Shown here piece after piece: positions 51,072 through 61,408 of a DNA stretch of 64,000 nucleotides. The notes under the pieces are model-generated. The model ran no database searches and was not told the DNA's origin. It saw nothing but the letters and a program-made list of their open reading frames with translations. The DNA is from Oscillospiraceae bacterium (GTDB lineage Bacteria > Bacillota > Clostridia > Oscillospirales > Oscillospiraceae). The stretch's first letter is position 1. Every line of letters starts with the position of its first letter. The DNA lies in contig JAFRDQ010000065.1 in assembly GCA_017411225.1 (NCBI GenBank), positions 588 through 64,587 on the forward strand. The letters are read 5' to 3'. The translations under genes were made by a program, and so were the position numbers.

Positions 51072-54000
51072 CATGCGCTTTACCCCGGCGCAGCAGTGCG
51101 CCATCGACAGCCGCCGGAGCACCGTGCTCGTGTCCGCCGCGGCGGGCAGCGGCAAGACCCGCGTGCTCACCGAGCGCCTCATGGCGTATCTGACGGACGA
51201 GGAGCACCCGGTGGACATTGACCGCTTCCTCGTGATCACGTTCACGAAGGCGGCGGCGGGCGAGCTCAGAAGCCGCATCCTCTCCGGCATCGCCGCAGAG
51301 ACGGCGGCGCACCCCCAGCTCCGGCGGCAGACCGCCCTCTGCGCCCGCGCGCAGATCGGCACGATCCACGCCTTCTGCGGCAACCTGCTTCGCGAGCACT
51401 GCGCCGCCGCGGCGCTGAGCCCGGATTTCCAGATTGCGGACGAGAACCAGACGACCGCGCTCAAGGCCGCGACGCTTGAAAAGGTACTGGAGGCCGCCTA
51501 CGCGGACATTGACACGGACGAGGCCCTGCGCGCGCTCGCGGACACCGTGGGCGCGGGGCGGGACGACAAGCGGCTGGCCGAGCTCATTTTGCAGCTCTAT
51601 GAAAAAATGCAGAGCCACGCGAGACCCGAGCAGTGGGCGGCGCGGCAGATTGAATTATTGGACCTGAATGGCGTGACGGACATCGCTGAGACGCCGTGGG
51701 GCGCGGAGCTGCTGGACGCCGCGAAGCAGTCGGCGGACTACTGGTGCGATGCGCTCGACCGCCTGCGCGCGGACGTGGCGGCCTATGATTGGCTGGAGAA
51801 GGCCTATGGTGACAGCATTGAAGAGACCGGAGAGACGCTCCGCGCGGCAAGGCGGGCGATGGATTCCGGCTGGGACGCAGCGCACGCCGCGCTCGCGGCG
51901 GTCACCTTCCCGCGGCTCGGCACGGTGCGCAATCCGCCGGAGCCGGAGGCGAAGGAGCGCGCGCAGAACGCGCGCACGAAGTGCAAAAAGGCTGTGGAGA
52001 AGCTGCAGAAGCAGTTTTCGCAGCGGTCGGAAAAAATGCTCAACGATCTGCGCGCCGCCGCGCCTGCGATGGTGCGGCTGCTGCGGCTGACAATGAAGTT
52101 CACCGACGCCTATGCCGCCGAGAAGAAGCGGCGCGATCTCGTGGACTACGCGGACCTCGAGCACATGGCGGCGCGGCTTCTGACGAACGAGGACGGCACG
52201 CCGAGCGCGCTGGCCAAGACGGTGTCGGAACGGTTTCGCGAGATTCTGGTGGACGAATATCAGGACGTGAGCGAGGTACAGGATCTCATCTTCCGCGCCG
52301 TGAGCCGGGAGGAAAAGAACCTCTTTTTCGTCGGCGATGTGAAGCAGTCGATCTACCGCTTCCGCCTCGCCGATCCGGGGCTGTTTCTGGCAAAATACGA
52401 CGCCTTCACCCCGGCGGAGCGGGCCGAGGGCGATGAGAGCCGCCGCATTTTGCTGCAGGAGAACTTCCGATCGCGCGGCGCGGTGCTCGACGCCTGCAAC
52501 CATGTGTTTCGCAGCATCATGTCCCGCGCGCTCGGCGAGCTGGACTATGACGACGACGCGGCGCTCAAATGCGGTCTCCCGGAGATGCAGGGCGGCGAGA
52601 AGGCGGAGCTCTGCATCACTCAGCTGCCGGATCCGGCCGAGGGGCCGGGGCCGGAAAAGCACGCGCTGGAGGCGGCCTTTGTGGCCGAGCGGATGGTGGA
52701 GCTGAACAATCAGGGCGTCGCGTGGGGCGACATGGTGATCCTCCTGCGCAGCGCCAACAGCGTGGGGCCGATCTACCGCGAGGCGCTCACGGCGCGGGGC
52801 ATCCCCGTGCAGTCGGAGCAGGGCGGCGGCTTCTTCGAGAGTCTGGAGATCTCGATGGTGCGCTCGCTGCTCGCCGTGATCGACAATCCCCATCAGGACG
52901 TGCCGCTCGTGGCGGCGCTCACCTCTCCCCTCTTCGGCTTTGACGCCGACGCGCTCGCCGCCGTGCGCGAGAGCGACCGGGCGCATGATTTCTATACCGC
53001 GCTCTTAAAACGCGCGGAGACGGACGACACGGCAAAGGCCGCCGTGGAAACGATCGCGCGGTATCGCCGGCTCGCGCCGGACAGCGCGCTCACGGCGCTG
53101 CTCTGGCAGATCTATGACGACCGCGACCTGATGGCGCTCTGCTCGGCGATGCCGGACGGAGACCAGCGCCGCGCGAATCTGCACCGGCTGCTTGCGCTCT
53201 CGGAGTCGTTCGAGCGCACGGGCTATCAGGGGCTGCACCGCTTTACGCAGTGGCTGGATCAGCAGGCCGAGCAGGGGCGCGAGCCCGGCGCCGCCGCCCC
53301 GGCGCAGCAGAGCGTGAAGATCATGAGCATCCACCGCTCGAAGGGGCTGGAGTTCCCGGTGGTGTTCCTGTGCGACCTGAATCGGCAGTTTAACAAGTCC
53401 GACGCCACCGTCGCCGTGCTCGTGCATCCGAAGCTCGGCCTCGGCCCGAAGCGGTATGATCTCGCGCGCGGAATCTCCTACCCGACCTTTGCGCGCAGTG
53501 CGATCGCGCAGCGCTTAAACCGCGAGACGCTCTCGGAGGAGATGCGGCTGCTCTACGTTGCAATGACGCGCGCGAAGGATCGGCTGATCCTCACCGGCAC
53601 GACGGCGGACGCGGAGGGGCTGCGGCAGAAGCTCGCGCTCGACAATGCTGCGCCGATTCCGCCCGAGGTGCTGCAGACGGCGGTGAGCCCGCTCTATTGG
53701 CTGCTGCAGGCGGCGCTGCTCCCCGGCGGCGAGGAGGTGTTTTCCATCCGGATCGTCGAGCCCGGGACGGAGGCGGAGGCAGCCCAGCGCGCCGCCGCGC
53801 TCACCGAGCCGCAGGACGCCGATCCCGCGGCGCTCGAGGCGCTCGAAGCGGCGCTGACCTTTGCAGATCCCCACGCGGCGGCCTCCGCCCTGCCCTCCAA
53901 GGTGACGGCGACGGAGCTCAAGCACGCGGGCATCTCTGATCCGGAGACCGACGGCGCGGCGCTCCTCGGCGCGAGGCGGCGCACGTTCCGCATGCCGGAC

Positions 54001-54552
54001 TTTCGCGAGGAGGACAAGCCCCTCACGGCGACGGAGCGCGGCACGGCGACGCACCGCGTGCTGCAGTATCTCCGCTTTACGGACGCCGGGAGCGAGGACG
54101 CCGTCCGGGCGCAGATCGCGTCACTCGTGCGCGCGGGCTATCTCTCCGAGCGCGACGCGCGCGCCGTGAAGGTGGATTCTGTGCGAAGCCTCATGCGCTC
54201 CCCGCTCGGAGCGCGGCTTTACGCGGCGGAGCAGGCCGGCACGGTGCGGCGGGAGTTTCGCTTCTCTCTGCTCTTTGCGGCAAACCGCCTCCTCGGCGGC
54301 GAGGTGACGGACGAGGTGCTGCTGCAGGGCGTGGTCGACTGCTGGTGGGAAGAAGATGACGGCGTGGTCATCCTCGACTACAAAACAGACCGCATCCCAA
54401 AAGACGCCGTGCCGGAGCGGACGGCCTATTACGCCTCCCAGCTGCGCGCCTACGGCGAGGCCATGGCGCGGATCACCGGCAAGCCGGTGAAGGAGAGACT
54501 GCTGTTTTTCCTGCACAACGGAGAAATCTCGGCGGTAGAGGAATCGCTGTGA
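51064..54552 (+). CDS. addA: Helicase-exonuclease AddAB, subunit AddA (UvrD/PcrA-type helicase plus RecB nuclease)
   Basis: VSAAAGSGKT, DEYQDVS, SIYRFR, MSIHRSKGLEFP, YVAMTRA, C-terminal ILDYKTD. Confidence 0.93.
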   Translation: MADMRFTPAQQCAIDSRRSTVLVSAAAGSGKTRVLTERLMAYLTDEEHPVDIDRFLVITFTKAAAGELRSRILSGIAAETAAHPQLRRQTALCARAQIGTIHAFCGNLLREHCAAAALSPDFQIADENQTTALKAATLEKVLEAAYADIDTDEALRALADTVGAGRDDKRLAELILQLYEKMQSHARPEQWAARQIELLDLNGVTDIAETPWGAELLDAAKQSADYWCDALDRLRADVAAYDWLEKAYGDSIEETGETLRAARRAMDSGWDAAHAALAAVTFPRLGTVRNPPEPEAKERAQNARTKCKKAVEKLQKQFSQRSEKMLNDLRAAAPAMVRLLRLTMKFTDAYAAEKKRRDLVDYADLEHMAARLLTNEDGTPSALAKTVSERFREILVDEYQDVSEVQDLIFRAVSREEKNLFFVGDVKQSIYRFRLADPGLFLAKYDAFTPAERAEGDESRRILLQENFRSRGAVLDACNHVFRSIMSRALGELDYDDDAALKCGLPEMQGGEKAELCITQLPDPAEGPGPEKHALEAAFVAERMVELNNQGVAWGDMVILLRSANSVGPIYREALTARGIPVQSEQGGGFFESLEISMVRSLLAVIDNPHQDVPLVAALTSPLFGFDADALAAVRESDRAHDFYTALLKRAETDDTAKAAVETIARYRRLAPDSALTALLWQIYDDRDLMALCSAMPDGDQRRANLHRLLALSESFERTGYQGLHRFTQWLDQQAEQGREPGAAAPAQQSVKIMSIHRSKGLEFPVVFLCDLNRQFNKSDATVAVLVHPKLGLGPKRYDLARGISYPTFARSAIAQRLNRETLSEEMRLLYVAMTRAKDRLILTGTTADAEGLRQKLALDNAAPIPPEVLQTAVSPLYWLLQAALLPGGEEVFSIRIVEPGTEAEAAQRAAALTEPQDADPAALEALEAALTFADPHAAASALPSKVTATELKHAGISDPETDGAALLGARRRTFRMPDFREEDKPLTATERGTATHRVLQYLRFTDAGSEDAVRAQIASLVRAGYLSERDARAVKVDSVRSLMRSPLGARLYAAEQAGTVRREFRFSLLFAANRLLGGEVTDEVLLQGVVDCWWEEDDGVVILDYKTDRIPKDAVPERTAYYASQLRAYGEAMARITGKPVKERLLFFLHNGEISAVEESL

Positions 54553-54554
54553 AT

Positions 54555-54697
54555 GTAGGGGAGGGGCTTGCCCCTCCCGGCAATCCGGCGCAAAATCAAA
54601 AGCAAGTGTAAGGCGAATTCGCGGACGGTTCGGATTCGCCTCGCATTTTATCTCGTTTTCAGGCGTTCTGCGCGGGAGGGGCAAGCCCCTCCCCTAC
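54555..54697. repeat. REP-like inverted doublet D
   Basis: Starts 2 nt after the addA stop. Same 24-nt ends; core AGGCGAATTCGcggacggttCGGATTCGCCT. Confidence 0.9.
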
Positions 54698-54732
54698 GGC
54701 GGCAGTCTCTGTGCGGAGGAAAGATTCACAAC

Positions 54733-54758
54733 GGGCCGCCGAGGGCGTCGGCCCCTGC
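54733..54758 (-). repeat. Solo REP-like hairpin with a degenerate head (GGGCCGCCGAGGGCGTCGGCCCCTGC)
   Basis: Same stem as 9213-9239, but CTGC instead of CTAC. Confidence 0.75.
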
Positions 54759-54851
54759 AAAGGTGCGGCGGTGTTTTCCGAATTGCTCTTGCAATCTGTC
54801 CGCTTCGGCGGTAATATACTCTTTAGTTTGCTAAATACTGGGGGGATTCGC

Positions 54852-55793
54852 GTGGAACTGACGGTGATTCTGGCGCAGAAGATTGCGGGGCTTGCGATCT
54901 ACATTGCGCTCGGCTTTCTGGCCGTGCGGCTGAAGGTGCTGACGTTTCAGGACTCGAAGGCGCTGAGCACGTTTGCGCTCTATTTTCTCGTGCCGTGCGC
55001 GATGCTGGACGCGTATCAATATGAATTCTCGATGGAAAAGCTCGTGGGCATGGGCGTGAGCTTTGCCGCGAGCATGGTCGTGGTGCTCGTCTTTGCGCTG
55101 CTGACGGCGGCGCTGAAAAAGCCCATGCACCTGAACGTGGTGGAATACACGAGTCTGGAATATCCGAACGCGGGGAACTTCATGCTGCCGCTGGTGGCGG
55201 CGGCGATGGGCGGCGAGTGGGTCATTTACTGCAGCGCGAGCTTCTTTGTGATGAACGTGCTCATGTTCACGCACGGCATGGCGGTGCTGAGCGGGCAGAA
55301 GAAGTTCTCCCTCTCGATGCTCTACAAAAACGTTGTGATGCTCGCGAACATCGCGGGGCTCATCATGTTCCTGCTCCACTGGCGTCTGCCGGGGCTGCTT
55401 GGCAGCACGGTGTCCACGCTCGGGAACATGATGGGGCCGGTTTACATGTTCACGATCGGCATGATCCTCGGAAACGCCGACCTGAAAGCCGTGTTTACGT
55501 CCTCGCGCGTCTGGATCATCACATTTGGGCGGCTGGTCGTCTATCCCGCGGCGGCGGTGCTCGTGCTGTGCTTCTGCGGCGTGTTCCATCTGCATCCGCA
55601 GGCGCGGGAGATCATCACGGTCGTCGCGCTCACGGCGGGCGCGCCCGCGGCGGTGATGGTGACGCAGTTTGCGCAGATGTACCGCACCGAGGGCGAGGCG
55701 CAGTTTGCAAGCGCCGTGAACATCATGACGAGCGTGCTGTGTCTGGCGACGATGCCGCTGATCTCCTGGCTGTATCAGACGCTGGCGTATTGA
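54852..55793 (+). CDS. AEC (auxin efflux carrier) family transporter
   Basis: GTG start chosen because the upstream part of the ORF runs through REP repeats. About 10 TM segments; typical AEC layout. Confidence 0.8.
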   Translation: MELTVILAQKIAGLAIYIALGFLAVRLKVLTFQDSKALSTFALYFLVPCAMLDAYQYEFSMEKLVGMGVSFAASMVVVLVFALLTAALKKPMHLNVVEYTSLEYPNAGNFMLPLVAAAMGGEWVIYCSASFFVMNVLMFTHGMAVLSGQKKFSLSMLYKNVVMLANIAGLIMFLLHWRLPGLLGSTVSTLGNMMGPVYMFTIGMILGNADLKAVFTSSRVWIITFGRLVVYPAAAVLVLCFCGVFHLHPQAREIITVVALTAGAPAAVMVTQFAQMYRTEGEAQFASAVNIMTSVLCLATMPLISWLYQTLAY

Positions 55794-55802
55794 GGAAACT
55801 CC

Positions 55803-56672
55803 ATGAATCGACAAAAAGACGATTTCAAATCTCTTCTGCTCCTGCTCGGCTCGATGGCCATCTTCGGCGGCATCGGGCTGGTGCGGCGGCTCATTCCCCT
55901 GCCCTCGAGCGTGATTGCGATGGTGCGCGGGCTGATCGGCGGGACGGCGACGTTCCTCTACTTTCGCGCACGGGGCGGCAAGCTCTCGCTGCGCGCGCTG
56001 GGCTCCGAGGGGCCGTGGCTGCTGCTATCCGGGGCGCTGCTCGGCTTCAACTGGATTTTGCTGTTTGAGGCGTATCGCTACACGTCCGTCGCCGTCGCGA
56101 CACTGTGCTATTACATGGCGCCGATTCTCATCGTGCTGGTCTCCCCCATTCTGTTTCGCGAGCGCATCACGGCGAAGAAGGCGATCTGCGTAGCGGTGGC
56201 GCTCGGCGGCATGATGCTGGTTTCTGGCGTGCTGAAGGACGGCGGCGTCAAAGACGTGCGAGGGGTGCTCTTCGGCTTAGCTGCTGCAGTGCTCTACGCC
56301 TCCATTGTGCTCACGAACAAGAAGCTCACGCGCACGGACGGGCTCTCCCGGACGATCTTGCAGCTGCTGACAGCGGGGGTGGTGCTCCTTCCCTATGTGC
56401 TCATCACCGAAAACGTGACGGCGCTGGACTGGTCGGGCAGCACGATTCCGATGCTGCTGGTGGCAGGTCTCATCTTCACGGCACTGACCTACGCAATGTA
56501 TTTTTCCGCGATTCCGGGTCTGCGCGCGCAGACCGCGGCGCTCGGCAGCTACGTCGACCCCGTGGTGGCGGTGCTGGTTTCGGCGATCTTCCTGCACGAG
56601 CCGATGTCCGCCGCGGAATGGATCGGCGCGGTGCTGATTCTCAGCGCGACGGCGATCAGTACGTTAGACTAA
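55803..56672 (+). CDS. DMT-superfamily (EamA-like) transporter
   Basis: 289 aa, 10 TM segments, two EamA-like halves. Confidence 0.85.
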   Translation: MNRQKDDFKSLLLLLGSMAIFGGIGLVRRLIPLPSSVIAMVRGLIGGTATFLYFRARGGKLSLRALGSEGPWLLLSGALLGFNWILLFEAYRYTSVAVATLCYYMAPILIVLVSPILFRERITAKKAICVAVALGGMMLVSGVLKDGGVKDVRGVLFGLAAAVLYASIVLTNKKLTRTDGLSRTILQLLTAGVVLLPYVLITENVTALDWSGSTIPMLLVAGLIFTALTYAMYFSAIPGLRAQTAALGSYVDPVVAVLVSAIFLHEPMSAAEWIGAVLILSATAISTLD

Positions 56673-56765
56673 AAGTTCACACTTTCTTGTCATATAGACG
56701 CTGATAATCTGGTAGAATATCAGCGTCATTTTACGAATGCCAACAAGTTTTGGAGGCGCAAGATC

Positions 56766-59225
56766 TTGGATAATCTGCTGCGAAAGCTGCAAACACCAAA
56801 GAAAAAAGAACCGGACCGTCCGGCAAGGCGCGATTTGCCCGTGCTGGTTACGGACCCCGAGAAGGGTCTGACCGCGGAGCAGGTCCGCGAGCGGAAGGAC
56901 GCCGGCTGGGACAACGCGCCCGTGGAGGGCGCGGGCAAGAGCACGAAGGAGATCATTCTCTCGAACGTGTTCACCTACTTCAACATTCTCTTTTTCCTGC
57001 TGGCGCTGTGCATCATCGCCGTGGGCATCTTTCAGCCGCGGCTGCTCTTAAATCTCACGTTCATGGGCGTTGTGATCGTGAACACCGTGATCGGCATCGT
57101 GCAGGAGCTGCGCTCAAAAAAGACGCTGGAGAAGCTCTCCGTGCTCGCGGCGCCGAAGGCCGTGGCCGTGCGCGACGGAAAGGAGCTCACGCTCCCGACC
57201 GCTGACGTGGTGCGCGATGAGATCGTCGTTTTCCGTGCGGGCAACCAGATCTATGCCGACGCGGTGGTCGTCTCGGGTGAGTGCGCCGTGAACGAGGCGC
57301 TGATCACGGGCGAATCGGACGAGATTCGCAAAACGCCGGGCAGCGAGCTGCTCTCGGGCAGCTTCGTCGTGAGCGGGCAGTGCCGCGCGCGGCTGACCCA
57401 GGTCGGCGCGGACAGCTATGTCTCCCGCCTGACGCTCGAGGCGAAGGCCGCCAAGCCCCCGCAGCAGAGCGAGATGATGCGCGCGCTCGAAAACCTCGTC
57501 AAATGGATCGGCATTCTTGTGATCCCGCTCGGCGCGATCATGTTCATCAAGGAATATCTCTGGCTCGACCGCGAGGTGGCGGTGAGCGTGACGAGCACGG
57601 TCGGCTCCATCATCGGCATGATCCCGGAGGGGCTGTATCTGCTGACGAGCCTTGCGCTCGTGGCGGGCGTGATTCGTCTGGCCCAGCGCAAGACGCTGGT
57701 GCACGAGCTCGAATGCATCGAGACGCTCGCGCGCGTGGACACGCTCTGCGTAGACAAGACCGGCACCGTGACGGAAAACAAGATGACCGTAGAGGACGTG
57801 CACCTTTTGTGCGCCGACCGGTTTACCAAGGACGACGTGCGCCTCGTGATGGCGGACTATGTCTACGCCATGCAGGCCGACAATGACACGATGGCGGCGC
57901 TGCGGCGCTATTTCACGGGCGAGGTGCACCAGCAGCCGCGTGACACGCTCCCCTTCTCCTCGGCGAAGAAATACGGCGGCGTGAGCTTCCATCAGGACGA
58001 GACCTATCTTCTCGGCGCGCCGGACATTCTGCTCGCGGCGCAGGACGAGAAATATGAAGAGCTGATTCAGAGCTATTCCGCGCAGGGCTGCCGCGTGCTG
58101 CTGCTGGGCATGTACGACGGCTCTCTGCAGGATGAGCGCCCGACGGCGGATCTGCTGCCGATCGCACTGATTCTGCTCTCGAACAAGATCCGCGAGGAGG
58201 CGCCGGAGACCTTCGGCTATTTCGCCGAGCAGGGCGTCGCCGTGAAGGTCATCTCGGGCGACAATCCGCTCGCCGTCTCGGAGGTTGCCAAGCGCGCGGG
58301 CATCGCGGGCGCGGAGCGCTTCGTGGACGCGAGGAACCTGCGCACGGAGGAGGAGATCGCCGCCGCCGCGGAGGAATACACGGTCTTTGGCCGCGTGACC
58401 CCGGCGCAGAAGCGCCAGCTCGTGCAGGCGATGAAGGCCGAGGGGCACACCGTGGCCATGACGGGCGACGGCGTGAACGACGTGCTCGCGCTCAAGGAGG
58501 CCGACTGCTCCATCGCCGTGGCCTCGGGCAGCGACGTGGCCTGTCAGGTGGCGCAGATCGTGCTGATGGACAACAACTTCGCCTCCATGCCGTCCGTCGT
58601 GGCGGAGGGGCGGCGCGTAATCAACAACATTGAGCGCAGCGCGTCGCTCTATCTGGTGAAGAACATTTTCACATTCTTCCTCGCGTTCTTCACGCTGTTT
58701 GCGACGCTGCCCTACCCCTTCAGCCCGGCGCAGCTGAGCATGGTCAACGGCGTGACGATCGGCATTCCGTCCTTCATTCTCGCGATGGAGCCAAATGAGA
58801 ACCGCATCCGCGGCAAGTTCCTGCGCAACGTCATCTTCCGCGCGCTCCCGTGCGCGATGACGGATCTGGTGCTGATTGTGGGCATTCTGCTGTTCTATAT
58901 CGCGTTTCACATCGACGATACGTCGATGAGCACGATCTGCACCGGCGTGATGGGCATTGTCGGTCTCATGATGGTGCACCGCACGTCGAAGCCCTATAAC
59001 AAGCTGCGCATTGCGATGATCATCTGCCTGACGCTCGCGTTCCTCGTGGCGTTCTTCTTCCTGCCGGAGATCTTCACGCTCAAGACGCTGGACTTCCAGA
59101 GCACGCTGATCCTCACCGTGTTCGGGCTGCTGGCGTGGCCGGTACTGAGCCTGTTCAGCCGGCTGAACGACCGTCTGCGCGACGAGCTGGTGAAGCTGCT
59201 GGCACAGAGAAAGGCGGCGGTATGA
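56766..59225 (+). CDS. Cation-translocating P-type ATPase
   Basis: TTG start after GGAGG; TGES, DKTGTVTEN and MTGDGVNDVLALKEAD motifs. Confidence 0.92.
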   Translation: MDNLLRKLQTPKKKEPDRPARRDLPVLVTDPEKGLTAEQVRERKDAGWDNAPVEGAGKSTKEIILSNVFTYFNILFFLLALCIIAVGIFQPRLLLNLTFMGVVIVNTVIGIVQELRSKKTLEKLSVLAAPKAVAVRDGKELTLPTADVVRDEIVVFRAGNQIYADAVVVSGECAVNEALITGESDEIRKTPGSELLSGSFVVSGQCRARLTQVGADSYVSRLTLEAKAAKPPQQSEMMRALENLVKWIGILVIPLGAIMFIKEYLWLDREVAVSVTSTVGSIIGMIPEGLYLLTSLALVAGVIRLAQRKTLVHELECIETLARVDTLCVDKTGTVTENKMTVEDVHLLCADRFTKDDVRLVMADYVYAMQADNDTMAALRRYFTGEVHQQPRDTLPFSSAKKYGGVSFHQDETYLLGAPDILLAAQDEKYEELIQSYSAQGCRVLLLGMYDGSLQDERPTADLLPIALILLSNKIREEAPETFGYFAEQGVAVKVISGDNPLAVSEVAKRAGIAGAERFVDARNLRTEEEIAAAAEEYTVFGRVTPAQKRQLVQAMKAEGHTVAMTGDGVNDVLALKEADCSIAVASGSDVACQVAQIVLMDNNFASMPSVVAEGRRVINNIERSASLYLVKNIFTFFLAFFTLFATLPYPFSPAQLSMVNGVTIGIPSFILAMEPNENRIRGKFLRNVIFRALPCAMTDLVLIVGILLFYIAFHIDDTSMSTICTGVMGIVGLMMVHRTSKPYNKLRIAMIICLTLAFLVAFFFLPEIFTLKTLDFQSTLILTVFGLLAWPVLSLFSRLNDRLRDELVKLLAQRKAAV

Positions 59226-59398
59226 TGCTTCCGAACGACCCGATGATCCTGCTGAGCGTTGTGAACACGAAGCTCAGAGACGAATATGACTCCCTCGGCG
59301 CGCTCTGCGAGGATCTGGACGCAGACCGGGAGGAATTAGAAAAAAAGCTCGCCGCAGCGGGGGTTTGCTACGACGAGAATGTGAATCAATTCAGATGA
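59222..59398 (+). CDS. DUF4250-like small protein
   Basis: MMLPNDPMILLSVVNTKLRDEYDSLGALCEDLDADREELEKKL matches my recollection of DUF4250. ATGA overlap with the ATPase stop. Confidence 0.7.
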   Translation: MMLPNDPMILLSVVNTKLRDEYDSLGALCEDLDADREELEKKLAAAGVCYDENVNQFR

Positions 59399-59402
59399 TG
59401 AT

Positions 59403-59435
59403 AAAAATGGCGCCTGCCACGCAGGCGCCATTTTT
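59403..59435. terminator. Bidirectional intrinsic terminator between convergent genes
   Basis: AAAAATGGCGCCTGC-cac-GCAGGCGCCATTTTT. Confidence 0.88.
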
Positions 59436-59437
59436 GG

Positions 59438-60469
59438 TTATCGGCTCAGATAGGCCATGAGCAAATCGTACGTGTTCTTCAGCCCGTCGATGTGGGTGCG
59501 CTCGTAGCCGTGGCTGTTGAGCGTGCCGGGGCCGATGGCGGCGTGGCGGATGTCGTGGCCGGCGAGGATGCTGCCGTCGCAGTCTGTGCCGTAGTGCGGG
59601 GTGAAAATGTCCATGACGTAATCGACGCCCGCGTATATCGCCGTCTCCCGGAGTTCGTTCGTGAGACCCCAGTGATAGGGAAAGCGCGAATCCTTCGCGA
59701 AGATGGAGACCTTGCGCTCATCGGAGTTCTGCTCCGGGCCGGTGGGCGCGATGTCCACGGCGATCATGTCCTTCACGTCCGCGGGCAGGACGGTCGTGCC
59801 GTGGCCGATCTCCTCGTAGACGGCGAAGTAGAAATAGACCTTCCGCTTCGGCGGGCAGCTGCACAGCGAAAGCGCCCGGATTGCCTGCAGGAGGACGGCG
59901 GCGCTCGCCTTATCGTCCACGAAGCGGCTTTTGATATAGCCGTTGGAGAGCTGAAAGCGCGGCTCGAGCGCGATGATATCCCCGGTGTCGACGCCGAGGG
60001 CGCGGGTCTCCTCCGCCGTGGAGACCGCCTCATCGAGCACGACGCAGACGTTTTTGCGAAAATCGCCCGGCGTGCCGCGCAGCTCCTCCTCCGTGACGTG
60101 GATGGAGTTCGGCGTGCGGCAGACAGAGCCGGTGAAGACCCTGCCCGCGCGGGTGTGCACGCGCACATTCTCGCCCACGCAGTAGAACGGATAGAGCCCG
60201 CCCACGGGGCAGACGCAGAGCGTGCCGTCGGCATTCACATGGCGCACCATGAGGCCGATGTCATCCAGATGCGCCGTGACGGCGACGGGGTCCCCGCCCT
60301 CGCCGAGGCGGGCGATGACGCCGCCCTTGTGCACGAGGTCATATTTCACGCCCCATTCATCCAGCAGATCGGTGACGACCTTCTGCACCGCCTCATACTG
60401 GCCGGTGGTGCTGTCCGCCGCGAGCAGCCGCTCAAAGAGCGCAAGGCAGGTCTTTGCATTAAATTCCAT
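59438..60469 (-). CDS. M42-family metallopeptidase (glutamyl aminopeptidase/endoglucanase-like)
   Basis: 343 aa; HLDDIGLMV, FVDDKASAAVL and YEEIGHG metal-ligand blocks. Confidence 0.85.
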   Translation of the reverse strand: MEFNAKTCLALFERLLAADSTTGQYEAVQKVVTDLLDEWGVKYDLVHKGGVIARLGEGGDPVAVTAHLDDIGLMVRHVNADGTLCVCPVGGLYPFYCVGENVRVHTRAGRVFTGSVCRTPNSIHVTEEELRGTPGDFRKNVCVVLDEAVSTAEETRALGVDTGDIIALEPRFQLSNGYIKSRFVDDKASAAVLLQAIRALSLCSCPPKRKVYFYFAVYEEIGHGTTVLPADVKDMIAVDIAPTGPEQNSDERKVSIFAKDSRFPYHWGLTNELRETAIYAGVDYVMDIFTPHYGTDCDGSILAGHDIRHAAIGPGTLNSHGYERTHIDGLKNTYDLLMAYLSR

Positions 60470-60562
60470 GGTTCTTTTCTCCTTTGGTGTCTGCGGAATG
60501 ATGATATTTTATCACTCGAAGCGGGAAAAGAAAAGGCAAGTTTTTTCACCATGCACAGAAGC

Positions 60563-60586
60563 GGGAGGGGCAAGCCCCTCCCCTAC
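60563..60586 (-). repeat. Solo REP-like hairpin (GGGAGGGGCAAGCCCCTCCCCTAC)
   Basis: Identical to the right end of the REP doublets. Confidence 0.85.
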
Positions 60587-60618
60587 AGATCCTGCTTCAG
60601 TGCGGATCAGATACCCAA

Positions 60619-60791
60619 GCCTCGCAGAGTTTGCCCGTTAGGGCAAATCAATTCCAATTCGTTTTTCCGGCGACATGTGCGGCGGAAAAACTCCCTCGGG
60701 CGTGCGCGACGCACGCCCCTCGCGCCGACCAAGCGAAGCGCGATAAGCGCGAGTGATCAAACGGAAAGCCCAGCGAAGCGGGTTTCCGTTT
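60619..60791 (+). repeat. Five-hairpin mosaic repeat (family 2), copy 4
   Basis: The conserved blocks are present. Hairpins 1, 3 and 5 are replaced by unrelated stems (GCCC-gtta-GGGC; GGGCGTGCG-cga-CGCACGCCC; CAAACGGAAA...TTTCCGTTTG). Confidence 0.85.
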
Positions 60792-60805
60792 GGCGCGCTG
60801 CGCAT

Positions 60806-60840
60806 AAAAAATCCAAATCAAAGCACCTGCTTTGATTTGG
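60806..60840 (-). terminator. Intrinsic terminator for minus-strand transcription leaving the 60.8-61.4 kb region
   Basis: On the minus strand: CCAAATCAAAGC-aggt-GCTTTGATTTGG followed by TTTTTT. Confidence 0.7.
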
Positions 60841-61408
60841 GAAGGAGCCGCAGCGTAATGAGCTTGCTTTCGCGTCATACGCGGAAGCAAGGGATATGGA
60901 GCTTGTGGCGACGCGCGATAGCCCCGTATTTCAGCTTCCACTGGAAATACGGGGCTACGCTGCGATCTTCGGTTCCATCATTGAAACCTCTCTTTCTGCG
61001 GTTTTGGGTCATGCGATGGGTCTTTGCTGGTTTGGTAAGATTCCGCAACCGTTCATTTGACCTGCTCCGGCGAGACGGGCCCTGCCGCTTGCCGGATGGA
61101 TTCGTACATTGGACCCACCTCCTTGCTTGGATCTCGATGACCTTTTATCTAATAAAAGCTGCCGAAAGAAGAACTCGCTTTGCCTTAGATCTCAGATCCT
61201 TTTCAAATTTTATTTGCTCCACTGAGCGGTGATCATTTTGGATCGGGGTTTTGCTGTTCTTTCGGTTCCTGCTTTCTGGCTTTATGATAGCGCAAAACCC
61301 CCGCCTCCGTCAATCCGCAAACTGACAGAATCTCGTTTGCGTATTTTGTGCATATTGTCAGAAAAATGCTTAAATATTTTAATTTTTCCGTTCTTTTGCA
61401 CAATGTGT

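Noticed and set aside
60753-61232. The 159-aa plus-strand ORF in the lower-GC region, considered as a real gene.
   Set aside because: Not annotated as a CDS. The product is an implausible Trp/Arg/Phe-rich basic sequence. The first 100 nt run through the mosaic repeat and a terminator stem. The flanking terminator indicates minus-strand transcription. It is kept only as part of an open question in the findings.
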